NCBI GenBank assembly: GCA_965247115.1
Contig: CBDFGR010000002.1
Span: 160,001 to 224,000 of the forward strand
Reading direction: 5' to 3'
DNA: 64,000 nt
From: Myxococcota bacterium
GTDB taxonomy: Bacteria > Myxococcota_A > UBA9160 > SZUA-336
Below are positions 30,612 through 40,362 of the stretch, piece after piece. A model generated the notes under the pieces. The model searched no databases, was not told the origin of the DNA, and was given only the letters and a program-made list of their open reading frames with translations. The position numbers and the translations under genes were made by a program. Each line of letters begins with the position of its first letter. The stretch's first letter is position 1.

Positions 30612-31468
30612 CGAGACGAGGGCTTCGCGGTCCCCGCCTCGCGCTCCTGGCCGGCCAGGTCGACGCCCTTCACCTCGACGAGCGGTCGGCCGCTGAAGCC
30701 GGCCCCGCGGTAACGCGCGAGGATCTCCGAGAAGATCGAGAGCGCGATCTCCTGCGGCGTTCTCGCCCCCACGTCCAGACCCGCCGGCGCGGAGACCCGC
30801 TTCAGCAGCTCGAGCTCGAAGCCGTCCTCGTGTAGGCGCTCGAACAGGAGCGCGCTGCGCTTGGGGCTCGCGACCAGGCCAACGTAGGCCGGACCCTGTC
30901 GCAGCACCCTCTCGAGCGCCTCGTAGTCACTCTTGTGCTGGGTTGTAATGACGACGTAGGTCTCCTCGTCCGCTTCTAGCTTGGCGTATTCCAGGTCCTC
31001 GGTGATACGAACGTGGGCGTGAGGGAACGCCTCCTCGCTCGCCAGTGCGTCGTTCACCGTAACGTGGAACTCGAGCAGCTGGCCGATCCTCGCAACGGTC
31101 TCGGCAATGGTCCCATGACCCACGACGAGGAGCTTCGGCTCTGGTGTCATGGGCTCCACGTAGACGCTCATGTAGCCGCCACACGGCATGCCCACACCGA
31201 GCACCTCGTCGTCCAGATCAAGCCGAATGACCCTCGGGTGGCGCTCCGCCAGCGCCTCGAGTGCAGCGTCCCGAACCGCGCTCTCCGCACAGCCCCCTCC
31301 GATCCAGCCATAGACCAGCCGCCCCTGCTCGTCGAAGAGAGCCTTCGATCCCGGACGCGCCGACGCACTTCCATCGATCGAGACGACCGTGGCCACCACG
31401 ACCTTCTCGCCGGCCGCGACGCGTTCCGCCAGCTGCTTGGTGAACTCTCTTGCCGAAGGTCCGCCCAT
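30608..31468 (-). CDS. XdhC/CoxF family molybdenum cofactor insertion chaperone
   Basis: GSASARPGSK, IGGGCAE, GMPCGG, YVGLVAS.KR, APAGLDVGARTPQEIALSI. Confidence 0.92.
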   Translation of the reverse strand: MGGPSAREFTKQLAERVAAGEKVVVATVVSIDGSASARPGSKALFDEQGRLVYGWIGGGCAESAVRDAALEALAERHPRVIRLDLDDEVLGVGMPCGGYMSVYVEPMTPEPKLLVVGHGTIAETVARIGQLLEFHVTVNDALASEEAFPHAHVRITEDLEYAKLEADEETYVVITTQHKSDYEALERVLRQGPAYVGLVASPKRSALLFERLHEDGFELELLKRVSAPAGLDVGARTPQEIALSIFSEILARYRGAGFSGRPLVEVKGVDLAGQEREAGTAKPSSR

Positions 31469-31528
31469 GCGTTCTCCCTGGCCAGAGTCTACGTAGCGGG
31501 AGGCTCCGCGTAAACGCCGCAGCCGAGA

Positions 31529-31556
31529 TTGACAGGTGGAGAGCCCTCCCTACCAT
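31529..31556 (+). promoter_or_regulatory. Sigma70-like promoter
   Basis: TTGACA-N16-TACCAT, 27 nt before ATG 31584. Confidence 0.5.
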
Positions 31557-31583
31557 CGGCCCTGCCCCGCTTGCCGAGGATCC

Positions 31584-33632
31584 ATGCCGATACACTCCGC
31601 GCCCCTGTCTGTCCGACTGGCCGCACTCACGGTCGGTGTCCTGGTCCTCGTGCTGCTGAGCTGGGCGGGCCGCCGGGCGCTGGCCCAGGAGGAGTCCCCG
31701 AGAGTCGGCAGAACGTTGCCCCGCTTCGAGGGCACGCTCTTGCACGGCGGGCGCGCCGGGACCGAGCTTCTGCAGTCGAAGCGCGGCGTGATCTTCGTCT
31801 TTGCGACGACGGATCGGCAGGTGGAGCGGATGGCCGCGATCATGGCAAGCCTCATCCCCGAGGCGAACGCGGCGAATGTCCAGCTCCTGGGCATCAGTCG
31901 CGACCGGCAGCCCGCGAGCGCCGTCCGCTTTGCCAGCACGCACGGGCTCGACTTCCCCATTCTGATCGATGCGGACGGGGGAATCGGCCGCAAGTTGAAG
32001 CTCGCTCCCGGCGACGCTGGCGTGCTGGTCGTGGACGCCGAGGGCTTCCTCATCTACGGCTGGGGCGGCGTCGAGGGCGACGCCGATCGCATGGCGGAGT
32101 ATCGCGAGAGTGAGCTGCGCCGCATCCTGCACTTCGAGCAGGCGGCGGATGCGGTGCTGCCGGAATTGGGAATCGCCCCTGCGGCTCCTCCGTTCACGGT
32201 CCGCAGCCTCGGCGGAGACAGCCTCACCCTCGAGGAGCTGGGCGGGAAGGTCGTGGTTCTCGTCTTCTTCCTGCCCAGCTGCCCGCACTGCCACGAGGCA
32301 CTCGCGTACCTCGACCGCCTCGTGCGTGAGCTGGAAAATCCGGACCTCCGCATCGTGGCCGTGAGCCGGAGCAACCGGAGGTACGTGATCGAGGAGATGG
32401 CCGAGACCCTGGACCTGAAGCTCGCGCTCTACACGGATCCAGGGGGTACCGCGGCTCGAGACTACGCCCACCGCCTGTCGGTGCCCGATACCCTCGTGAT
32501 CGACCGCGAGGGCCGCGTCGTCATGCGGCAGCGCGGCTCCGGCGGACGCGTCTATGCCCTGCTCGGCATGCAGGTCAGGCAGGCCCTTGGTGTGCCGAAC
32601 CCGATCGTGCTGGACAAGAACGGCTACAGTGGGGGGGAATTCTGCGCGGTCTGCCATGCGGGGGAGCGCACGACCTGGCAGCTCACGAACCACGCTCACG
32701 CCTTCGAGACCCTGATCGAGCACGGCGAGGAGCGAAACGCGGAGTGCCTGCCGTGTCACACCGTCGGCTGGGGCGAGCCGGGCGGGTTCGGCGCTGCGAG
32801 CCGGTACGCCCACCTCGAGGGCGTGCAGTGCGAGAACTGCCACGGTCGGGGTGGGCCGCACCAGTCGCCACAGTTCGCCAAGGTCAGCCTCGAGAAGACC
32901 TGCGCGGGCTGTCACACGCCCGAGCACTCGCTGCGCTTCAACTTCGCCGAGAGGCTGCCGCTGATCTCGCACTCCGCGAACGTGCGCTTCGCCGCCCTAT
33001 CGCTTGAAGAGCGCAAGAAGCTGCTCAAGGAGAAGGACCTGCGCGAGCGAAGCTTGTTCGAGACTGCCGACTACGTGGGCTCCGAGACCTGCCAGACATG
33101 TCACGCCAAGGAGCACGCGCTCTGGTCCGAGTCGGCGCACGCGACGGCCTTGCAGACGCTCGAGTCCTCCAAGGAGGCGGAGAACTCCGAGTGTCAGAGC
33201 TGCCATACGACCGGCTTCGGCGAGCCCTCGGGCTGGCCCGCGAGCTCAGCGCTCGAAGGAGTCGGCTGCGAGAGCTGCCACGGCCCCGGCGGAAGGCACG
33301 CCGAGGACGGCGCGCGCGACGGGATCCTGCGACTCACCGAGAAGTGCGAGACGTGCGTACTGCTCCAGATCTGTGGCTCCTGCCACGACGAGGCGAACGA
33401 CCCGGGCTTCGAGTTCGAGCTGATGGACAAGCTGGAGCTGATCCGACACGGCTTCCGGGAGCCAAGGGTTACTGTGGGACCCGGTCCGCGGGCGGCCGCG
33501 GACCACCCACCTTCGCTCGCCTTTGGCTCGCTGCGCGCCGTCGCCTCTGGCGACGGCTTGCGGGCTGCCCCGCGGTACCCACCTTCGCGCGCCTTCGCTC
33601 ATGGCGACGGGTTGCGGGTGGGGGCGCGCTGA
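31584..33632 (+). CDS. Exported double redoxin + octaheme (two c554-like modules) cytochrome c fusion
   Basis: Signal peptide; two AhpC/TlpA-like domains (second with CPHC); eight C-terminal CxxCH motifs: CAVCH, CLPCH, CENCH, CAGCH, CQTCH, CQSCH, CESCH, CGSCH. Confidence 0.85.
   Translation: MPIHSAPLSVRLAALTVGVLVLVLLSWAGRRALAQEESPRVGRTLPRFEGTLLHGGRAGTELLQSKRGVIFVFATTDRQVERMAAIMASLIPEANAANVQLLGISRDRQPASAVRFASTHGLDFPILIDADGGIGRKLKLAPGDAGVLVVDAEGFLIYGWGGVEGDADRMAEYRESELRRILHFEQAADAVLPELGIAPAAPPFTVRSLGGDSLTLEELGGKVVVLVFFLPSCPHCHEALAYLDRLVRELENPDLRIVAVSRSNRRYVIEEMAETLDLKLALYTDPGGTAARDYAHRLSVPDTLVIDREGRVVMRQRGSGGRVYALLGMQVRQALGVPNPIVLDKNGYSGGEFCAVCHAGERTTWQLTNHAHAFETLIEHGEERNAECLPCHTVGWGEPGGFGAASRYAHLEGVQCENCHGRGGPHQSPQFAKVSLEKTCAGCHTPEHSLRFNFAERLPLISHSANVRFAALSLEERKKLLKEKDLRERSLFETADYVGSETCQTCHAKEHALWSESAHATALQTLESSKEAENSECQSCHTTGFGEPSGWPASSALEGVGCESCHGPGGRHAEDGARDGILRLTEKCETCVLLQICGSCHDEANDPGFEFELMDKLELIRHGFREPRVTVGPGPRAAADHPPSLAFGSLRAVASGDGLRAAPRYPPSRAFAHGDGLRVGAR
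33473..33617 (+). repeat. Dispersed three-hairpin repeat (full copy 33473-33562 plus partial tandem copy 33578-33617)
   Basis: 40 of the first 44 nt identical to 59808-59851, with compensatory stem changes. Confidence 0.8.
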
Positions 33633-33635
33633 CTC

Positions 33636-34427
33636 ATGCCAGGGGAACGTGGTGAGATTTTGGGGCGGATTCGGGAGTCGTTGCGGGAGCTGGGGGAGGA
33701 GGGGATCGAGTTTGTGGGACGCGGGGCGGCGCGGGCTCGGAGCGTGCGGCGGGAGCCGCGGCGCGCGGCGGAGCCGCGTTCTCCGGAGCGGGGGGCGTTT
33801 CGGCCGCGTGTGGCGGCGCTTGCGGAGCCGACCGAGCTTTCCGCAGCCGCCGCGGAGAAGGCCGCGGAGCTGGCGCGGATTCGGGAGGACCTGGGGGAGT
33901 GCACGCGCTGCTCGCTCTGCGAGCAGCGACGCAGCATCGTGTTCGGCGAGGGGAACCCTGCGGCACCGGTCGTCTTTGTGGGCGAGGGGCCGGGTGCGGA
34001 CGAGGATCGTTCGGGCAGGCCGTTCGTCGGGAGGGCGGGCGAGCTGCTCTCGAAAATCGTTCTGAGTGTCGGCTGGACACGCGAGGACGTCTACATCTGC
34101 AACGTGGTCAAGTGCAGGCCGCCGGGGAACCGCGATCCGCGGCCGCCGGAGGTAGCCACGTGTCGCCCCTTCCTGGAGCGCCAGCTCCTGGCGATTCGGC
34201 CGGAGGTGATCGTTACGCTGGGCAAGCCGGCCGCGAGCACGCTGCTCGGTCGCCAGGTCGCCATCACGAAAACGCGGGGGATCTGGCAGGAGTGGAATGG
34301 CATCCCGCTCATGCCGACCTACCACCCGGCGTACCTGCTGCGCAACTACACGCGCGAGGCTCGCCAGGCAGTTTGGGATGACCTGCGAGCCGTGCGCGCA
34401 CGTGTCTCCGAAAGCCAGGGCGAGTAG
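33636..34427 (+). CDS. Uracil-DNA glycosylase family 4 (4Fe-4S)
   Basis: CTRCSL, VGEGPG..ED..GRPFVGRAG, NVVKCRPPGNR, TYHPAYLLR. Confidence 0.95.
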   Translation: MPGERGEILGRIRESLRELGEEGIEFVGRGAARARSVRREPRRAAEPRSPERGAFRPRVAALAEPTELSAAAAEKAAELARIREDLGECTRCSLCEQRRSIVFGEGNPAAPVVFVGEGPGADEDRSGRPFVGRAGELLSKIVLSVGWTREDVYICNVVKCRPPGNRDPRPPEVATCRPFLERQLLAIRPEVIVTLGKPAASTLLGRQVAITKTRGIWQEWNGIPLMPTYHPAYLLRNYTREARQAVWDDLRAVRARVSESQGE

Positions 34428-35682
34428 CACCGCGACGTTGCTCAGCGCCTGCATGCTGCTGGCGCTCCCGCTGCGAGCCGACGAGCTTCGCGTCGGGCTC
34501 GGCAGCGCACCGCTTCCGACGCCCGACGGAGGCGTGCTGGCGGGCTACGCCTCCTTCTCCGACCGGCGTGCGACGGGGATCTGGGGACAGCCCGAGGCAC
34601 GTGCGATCGTCGTCGACACGCCTGCGCTACGCGTCGGGCTCGTCGCGCTGGACATTCTGATTCCGCGCCCGGCTCTGCGCGAGTCCCTGGGTGCCGACGG
34701 CCAGGAGCTGGGCCTGGACCTGCTGGTCGTCGTCGCCACGCACACTCATTCGGGCCCCGGCGGCTACATGCCAGGCTTTGTGCCGGAGCGCGTGTCGATG
34801 GGGAGCTTTCGTCCCGGAGCTGTCGCGGACCTGCGTCGGGCCGCGCTACGGGCGCTTGCCGGGGCCGTGTCGGATCTGGCACCGGCTCGTGTTTCCAGCG
34901 GGATTGCACGAGCTCAGCTGTCCGCGAACCGTCGGTCGGCGGACGGCGGACGGGAAACCGCCCTGCCCTTGCTGCGCTTTGACTTCGCCGCCCGCGCTCC
35001 CATCGTGCTCTTTGCGTACGGCACCCACCCGGTCGTGCTCCCGCCGAGCTCCCTTTGGTACTCGGCCGACTTCCCCGGTCGTTCGCGCGCCTGGCTCGAG
35101 GAGCGAGGCTGGCGCGCGCTGTTCGTGCCCGGTCCGCTGGGAGATCAGGCGCCCACGAGCAGCCTGGGCCCGCTCTGGCCAGATACGCTGGAAGCGCAGC
35201 GCGCGCAGGCGAACGAGATCGGCGCAGCGCTGGGTCGGGCGGTCCTCGCGGGGCTCGGTGAGCTGCCGCCGTCGGGACGGGCGGAGCTGCAGGCGGTCGA
35301 GTCCGTGGTCCAGGCCCCGCCGTCAGACCTGCGTCGTTTCTGTCCGCTCTGGTGGCTCGGCCCGTTGAGCCGACGAGCGCTCGACCGCGAACTCTCCCGC
35401 AGCGTGCCAATCGTGGCGGTTCGGGTCGGACGCGCCGTGCTGCTCGCACTCCCCGCCGAGCCGGTCTCTGGCCTGGGGGACGAGATCCGAGCTCAGGTGG
35501 ATCCAGGCCTCGACGCGTTCGTGATCGCCCACGCGAACGACTGGATCGGCTACGCGGTCACCGAGCAGGATTACGCGGCCGGTAGCTACGAGGCCTGCAT
35601 GTCCTTTCACGGCTCGGGCTTCGGCCCCTGGCTCGTGCGGGCCGCGGGCCAGACGCTGCGGTTGCTACACTCGACTCCGTGA
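34402..35682 (+). CDS. Neutral/alkaline ceramidase-like secreted amidohydrolase
   Basis: Signal-like N-terminus, LAGY, ATHTHSGPG, YGTHP, SADFPG, LPAEP, GSYEA; start uncertain. Confidence 0.7.
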   Translation: MSPKARASSTATLLSACMLLALPLRADELRVGLGSAPLPTPDGGVLAGYASFSDRRATGIWGQPEARAIVVDTPALRVGLVALDILIPRPALRESLGADGQELGLDLLVVVATHTHSGPGGYMPGFVPERVSMGSFRPGAVADLRRAALRALAGAVSDLAPARVSSGIARAQLSANRRSADGGRETALPLLRFDFAARAPIVLFAYGTHPVVLPPSSLWYSADFPGRSRAWLEERGWRALFVPGPLGDQAPTSSLGPLWPDTLEAQRAQANEIGAALGRAVLAGLGELPPSGRAELQAVESVVQAPPSDLRRFCPLWWLGPLSRRALDRELSRSVPIVAVRVGRAVLLALPAEPVSGLGDEIRAQVDPGLDAFVIAHANDWIGYAVTEQDYAAGSYEACMSFHGSGFGPWLVRAAGQTLRLLHSTP

Positions 35683-36497
35683 GCCGCGCGGACACCGAAC
35701 TGCCGGTCCTCTGCGGGATCGTCTTGCACCCCGCCGGCCACACGCTGTCTCCCCTATTACACCAAACTGCGTACGATGCGCTGGGTATCCGCGCGCGGTA
35801 CCTGGCCTTCGACGTGACGAGTGAGAATCTCGCTGCCGCTATTGCAGGCATGCGCGCGCTCGGAATCCGCCAGCTCTCGGTCTCGCTCCCGCACAAGGAA
35901 GCCGTGCTCGCACTCGCCGATCGCGCGAGCGAGCACGCGCGGCGGATCGGCGCCGCGAATACACTGACACGTGTTGGAGACGAGATCGTGGCCGACAACA
36001 CCGATTGGCTGGGTGTACGCAAGACGCTGGACGCCCTGGAGGATTGGCCAGGCAAGCGCGCGACCGTCGTAGGCGCCGGGGGAGCCGCACGAGCGGTGGT
36101 CTACGCGCTTCGCGCGCTGGAGCTCGAAGTCACCGTTGTGAACCGCAGCACAGAGCGGGCGGAACGGCTCGCCGCGGAGCTCGGGGCGAGCGTAGGCACG
36201 CTCGACGACCCCTGGGATCTGCTGGTCAACACAACCCCGCTCGGGATGGATCCCAACGCGGACACGACCCCGGTCAAAGCGGAGCGCCTGGCCCCCGGCA
36301 CCCTCGTCTTCGACACGGTCTACCGACCGCTCGAGACGCGCCTCCTGCGCGAAGCGCGGACCCGCGGCTGCCGGACCCAGGATGGCCTCGACATGCTCGT
36401 CCACCAGGCCCGAGAGCAGCTCCGCTTGTGGTGCGGCCGAGCCCCAGACCCCGCTCCCCTACGCCGCGCCGCCCTGGAGGCGCTGAACACCGGCTAG
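35679..36497 (+). CDS. aroE: Shikimate dehydrogenase
   Basis: HTLSPLLH, SLPHKE, IGAANT, NTDWLG, GAGGAARA, NTTPLGM, GLDMLVHQA. Confidence 0.93.
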   Translation: MSRADTELPVLCGIVLHPAGHTLSPLLHQTAYDALGIRARYLAFDVTSENLAAAIAGMRALGIRQLSVSLPHKEAVLALADRASEHARRIGAANTLTRVGDEIVADNTDWLGVRKTLDALEDWPGKRATVVGAGGAARAVVYALRALELEVTVVNRSTERAERLAAELGASVGTLDDPWDLLVNTTPLGMDPNADTTPVKAERLAPGTLVFDTVYRPLETRLLREARTRGCRTQDGLDMLVHQAREQLRLWCGRAPDPAPLRRAALEALNTG

Positions 36498-37615
36498 ATG
36501 TTCAGGAGCTGGGCGACCCGTTCGCGGTGTTGCGTGGGATCCCCGAAGGTCACCTCGATCGCCTTGGCGCGCTTGAAGTAGAGGTGACAGTCGTACTCCC
36601 AGGTAAAGCCGACCCCGCCATGGATCTGGATGTTCTCCGCTGAGCAGTGACGGTACGCATCGCTGGTATAGGCCTTGGCCATCGACGCCGCGAGCGGCGC
36701 CTCGCCAATGCCCTCGGAGTACGCCCAGGCGGCGTAGTACGTGATCGACTTGGAGGACTCGACCTCGATCAGCATGTCCGCGCACTTGTGCTTGATGGCC
36801 TGATTCACGCCGATCGGCTTGCCGAACTGGATCCGCTCCTTGGCGTACGCGACGGAGTCGTCCAACACCTTCTGGGCGCCGCCGACGGCTTCCGCCGAGA
36901 GCGCCACGAGCGCACCCGTCCGGACCTTCTCCCAGGTCGACCAGCCCTGGTTGAGCCTGCCGAGCAGCTTTGCTGGAGTCCCGTCGAAGGTCACCTCCGC
37001 GAGGCGGCGGGTCATATCCATGGACTGAAGGGGGGTGATCGCCAGGCCGGCAGCGCCCTTGTCGACCTGCAGAAGCGAGATACCCGCCTCGCCCTCACCG
37101 CCGCTGCGAGCGGCGACGATCAGCGTGTCGGCGTTCTGGGCGTCGGGCACGAACAGCTTGGTGCCGCTCAGCCGATAGCCGTCGCCGGTCCCTTCCGCGC
37201 GCGTCGCGACGTCGTTCGCCTGCTCCGTCCCTGCCGCCTCGGTGATCGCGAAGCTCAGAACGCGGTTGCCGGCGGCGACATCGGTCAGGAGCTCCTTCTT
37301 CGTGGGCTCGTTGCCCGCGTCGAGGACCGCGAGCGTACCGAGCAGGTTCGCGAAGAAGGGCGAGGGCAGCACGGCTCGGCCCATCTCCTCGAGGATGACC
37401 ACGAGGTCGACGAAGCCAAGCTCCGCACCCCCGTACTCCTCGGGGATGAGCAGTCCGGTCCAGCCGAGCTCTGCCATCTTCTTCCACATGTCCGGCGAAT
37501 AGCCGGGCTCGGCCTCCATCAGCTCGCGGACGATGGTCGACGGACACTCGTTCTCCAGGAACTCACGAGCCGTGGTGCGGAGGAATTCCTGCTCTTCTGT
37601 GAAGCCAAAGTTCAT
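36494..37615 (-). CDS. Acyl-CoA dehydrogenase family protein
   Basis: MNFGFTEEQ, IPEEYGG, RIQFGKPIG.NQAIKH, QIHGGVGFTWE. Confidence 0.93.
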   Translation of the reverse strand: MNFGFTEEQEFLRTTAREFLENECPSTIVRELMEAEPGYSPDMWKKMAELGWTGLLIPEEYGGAELGFVDLVVILEEMGRAVLPSPFFANLLGTLAVLDAGNEPTKKELLTDVAAGNRVLSFAITEAAGTEQANDVATRAEGTGDGYRLSGTKLFVPDAQNADTLIVAARSGGEGEAGISLLQVDKGAAGLAITPLQSMDMTRRLAEVTFDGTPAKLLGRLNQGWSTWEKVRTGALVALSAEAVGGAQKVLDDSVAYAKERIQFGKPIGVNQAIKHKCADMLIEVESSKSITYYAAWAYSEGIGEAPLAASMAKAYTSDAYRHCSAENIQIHGGVGFTWEYDCHLYFKRAKAIEVTFGDPTQHRERVAQLLNI

Positions 37616-37644
37616 TGGGGGGACATCTCCTAGGCCGACGGACG

Positions 37645-37674
37645 AGTCTATCGCGCGCTCGAAATCGCGGTCAA
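37645..37674 (-). promoter_or_regulatory. Sigma70-like promoter of acyl-CoA dehydrogenase gene
   Basis: Minus strand TTGACC-N18-TAGACT. Confidence 0.45.
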
Positions 37675-37810
37675 ACGACCCCAGCGCCCCAGCGCACTGG
37701 CTGGCGGGGCGGCGTCGGAGGAAATAAAGTTGCACCCTGATCTCTCGTTGAGAGACCTGGAGTTTTGCGTGTTCCCGCGCAGGGATTGCACCGAATCGGA
37801 GGTTTCCCGC

Positions 37811-38536
37811 ATGCACAACGTTCTCGCCAGAGTCGCAGTCCTGGCCCTGCTGCTCGGCACGGCGGCTTGCCAGCCAGCGGGGTCCGCCGCTGATCTGCAG
37901 GAGATCAAACGGGTGCAGGCGGATATCCTCGAGCGGCTCATCGCGATGGAAAAGAAACTCCCAACGGCGCAGGCGCGGGCCCAGCGACCCGAGGAGGAGT
38001 TCGATCGCGTTTACACGATCGAGGTCGGCAAGGCGCCCATCCGGGGCAATCCGAACGCCTCAGTCACCATCGTCGAGTACTCCGACTTCCAGTGTCCCTT
38101 CTGCGCGCGCGCCCAGCCGATCCTGGAAGCGGTCCTCGAGAAGTACCCGGATGACGTGCGACTCGTGTACAAGCACTTCCCGCTGAGCTTCCACAAGGCG
38201 GCCAGGCCGACGGCGATCGCCTCGCTCGCGGCCATGGAGCAGGGCAAGTTCTGGGAAATGCATGACGTCCTGTTTGAAGCCGTCAGCGACCTCGACGCCG
38301 CCAAGATCCAGGAGTACGCCGAGAAGGCAGGCCTGGACATGGAGCGCTTTAATCGCGACATGGAGGCGAACAAGGCGGCCTATGACAGTCTCGTCACCAC
38401 GGACTATCGCAACGGGACCGAGGTCGACGTCCGCGGCACGCCGACGCTCTACGTCAACGGCAAGAAGGTGCGGGTGAGGACGGTCGAGGGCATGAGCGCG
38501 ATGATTGACGCCGCGCTCGAGGCAAAGCCCAGCTAG
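37811..38536 (+). CDS. DsbA/BdbD-like thioredoxin-fold lipoprotein
   Basis: Lipobox-like LLGTAAC; EYSDFQCPFC, KHFPLSFH, GTPT. Confidence 0.88.
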   Translation: MHNVLARVAVLALLLGTAACQPAGSAADLQEIKRVQADILERLIAMEKKLPTAQARAQRPEEEFDRVYTIEVGKAPIRGNPNASVTIVEYSDFQCPFCARAQPILEAVLEKYPDDVRLVYKHFPLSFHKAARPTAIASLAAMEQGKFWEMHDVLFEAVSDLDAAKIQEYAEKAGLDMERFNRDMEANKAAYDSLVTTDYRNGTEVDVRGTPTLYVNGKKVRVRTVEGMSAMIDAALEAKPS

Positions 38537-39231
38537 TCCGCGAGGGCCGCCTGAAACGCGAGGATCCGCCGCGCGTTCGCGCCGAGATCGCCCTGCCCCA
38601 CGCGCGAACGGGAACGCATGTCGACTCGCGAGCCGAGACCTTCCGGCCGAATCCGGATCGCGACGTCGTCCACGAAGTGGAAGATGCGGCTCCTGGCGAT
38701 GGCCTCGATCCGACCGCTGGCGGGCTCCTGTCGTGTCACCTGCCAGCGGGGCATGGCCCGGGCCGTTGCCAGGACCCTGTCGAAAACCTGGGCCGGAGGT
38801 TCGGCCAGCAGAACGGGCTTCACCGCCGGATAGTGCTCGCGCTGCACTTCGGCAAAGTAGGCCAGGGGCTCCTCGGTCTGCAGGGTCGCCCCCGGGGCGG
38901 CCGCCACGTCGAGGGTGAAAAGAGGGCGCTCCTCGAGGTCCGTCGAGATGTCGTTGATCCCGACGTTGCCGGGCCGCGAGAGAAAGACCGCGACCAGAAC
39001 CAGGAGCGGCAGCGTGGCCCCTTTGACAGCGGAGCCGCGCCACGGCTTGGCGGTCACCGTGGCGAAGGCCGCCGCGGCGGCCAGCGTGATGGCCGTCAGC
39101 AGCGACAGGAAAATCGCGATGAAGAATGGGTAGAAGCCGCCGAGGGGCCCCCAGAGTCCAAGGAACGCGCCGAGGGGCGGGATCGTGAGCAGCGCGGCAA
39201 TGACCATGGTCGGGAACATCCAGAGCGACAT
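38533..39231 (-). CDS. DUF1499 membrane protein
   Basis: Three TM helices, INDISTD, IEA.ARS.IF.FVDDVAIRI, VDMRSRSRVGQGDLGANARRI. Confidence 0.85.
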   Translation of the reverse strand: MSLWMFPTMVIAALLTIPPLGAFLGLWGPLGGFYPFFIAIFLSLLTAITLAAAAAFATVTAKPWRGSAVKGATLPLLVLVAVFLSRPGNVGINDISTDLEERPLFTLDVAAAPGATLQTEEPLAYFAEVQREHYPAVKPVLLAEPPAQVFDRVLATARAMPRWQVTRQEPASGRIEAIARSRIFHFVDDVAIRIRPEGLGSRVDMRSRSRVGQGDLGANARRILAFQAALAD

Positions 39232-39339
39232 GTCTTTCTCCCGTTCCGTCCGAAGGTCCCATTCTAGTCGGACTCCGATGGACAGTCGTGGCCGCTTGTG
39301 CCGCGCGGGCTCAAGGGTCAGGCTTGCGGCGTACTCCGC

Positions 39340-40260
39340 ATGAACCACGCCCACTCGCACTCACCCACGCCGGGCTCCACCATCCGGGGCCGACTTCGCA
39401 TCGCGTTCGCCTTGACGAGTCTGGTGCTGATCCTGGAGGCGATCGGCGGCTGGCTTACGGGCTCGGTCGCATTGCTTGCGGATGCGGGGCACATGCTCAC
39501 CGACGCTGGAGCGCTCGGGATTGCGTTCTTCGCGGCCTGGATGAGCGAGCGGCCCCGCACCGCCCAGAAGAGCTACGGGTACGGGCGAGTGGAGATCCTG
39601 GCGGCACTTGCCAACGGCCTGTTGCTGGGAGGCGTGAGCGTGGCGGTGGCGTTCGAGTCGATCTCGCGCCTGGGGGAGCGGCAGGACATCGCCGCGGGGC
39701 CGATGCTGGCCGTGGCCGTGATCGGCCTGCTCGCGAATGTCACCTCCGCCATCTTCCTGGCTCCGTCAGCGCGCGAGAACCTGAACGTGCGCGGGGCGTT
39801 CTTCCACGTGATCGGAGATGCGCTGGGGTCGCTCGCGGCGATCGGAGCGGCGCTCTGTCTCTTGCTCTGGGACCTGCACGCGGCGGACGCACTCGCCGGG
39901 CTCTTTATCGCGGCGCTCCTCGTCGCCAGCGCCGCACGTCTGATCCTGGAGTCCGTCGACATTCTTCTCGAGGGGACACCTAGGCACCTCGACCTGGAGG
40001 AGATCGCCGGACGCGTCTTGGCCCTGCCGGGGGTGCTGGCAGTGCACGATCTCCACATCTGGACGGTCACGGCCGGATTCCCGGCGATGAGCGCGCACAT
40101 CGACCTCGAGGCCGGAGCCGATGGCGAGGGCGTACGCCGTGCCGCTCACCAGCTGCTCCATCAGCAATACGCCATCGAGCACACCACGATCCAGACCGAG
40201 GCCGCACCCGGGCTGCTCTCGATCGACCCGCCGTCTTCCGAGCAGTCCCTGGACGGCTGA
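39340..40260 (+). CDS. Cation diffusion facilitator (CzcD/ZitB-like)
   Basis: SVALLADAGHMLTD, SYGYGRVE, NVRGAFFHVIGD, VHDLHIW, HTTIQ. Confidence 0.93.
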   Translation: MNHAHSHSPTPGSTIRGRLRIAFALTSLVLILEAIGGWLTGSVALLADAGHMLTDAGALGIAFFAAWMSERPRTAQKSYGYGRVEILAALANGLLLGGVSVAVAFESISRLGERQDIAAGPMLAVAVIGLLANVTSAIFLAPSARENLNVRGAFFHVIGDALGSLAAIGAALCLLLWDLHAADALAGLFIAALLVASAARLILESVDILLEGTPRHLDLEEIAGRVLALPGVLAVHDLHIWTVTAGFPAMSAHIDLEAGADGEGVRRAAHQLLHQQYAIEHTTIQTEAAPGLLSIDPPSSEQSLDG

Positions 40261-40362
40261 AGGCCAGCTCCATGGCTTGGGGCTCTGGGTCCCGATCGAC
40301 CGGGCGGCTATAATGCGCCCGCGCCAGCAGGGCGCAGCCCGGAAATCGCCAGCGGAGAGTGG

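Noticed and set aside
33636..33900. G-rich skew at the UDG 5' end as foreign DNA or G-quadruplex
   Set aside because: Encodes the usual variable N-terminal linker of family-4 UDG; no boundaries or mobility signal
37725..37755. Sixth sigma28-like site (TAAAGTT..CTCGTTGA) before the DsbA-like gene
   Set aside because: -10 box lacks the CGAT core shared by the other five; may just be the TCTCTC/GAGAGA hairpin
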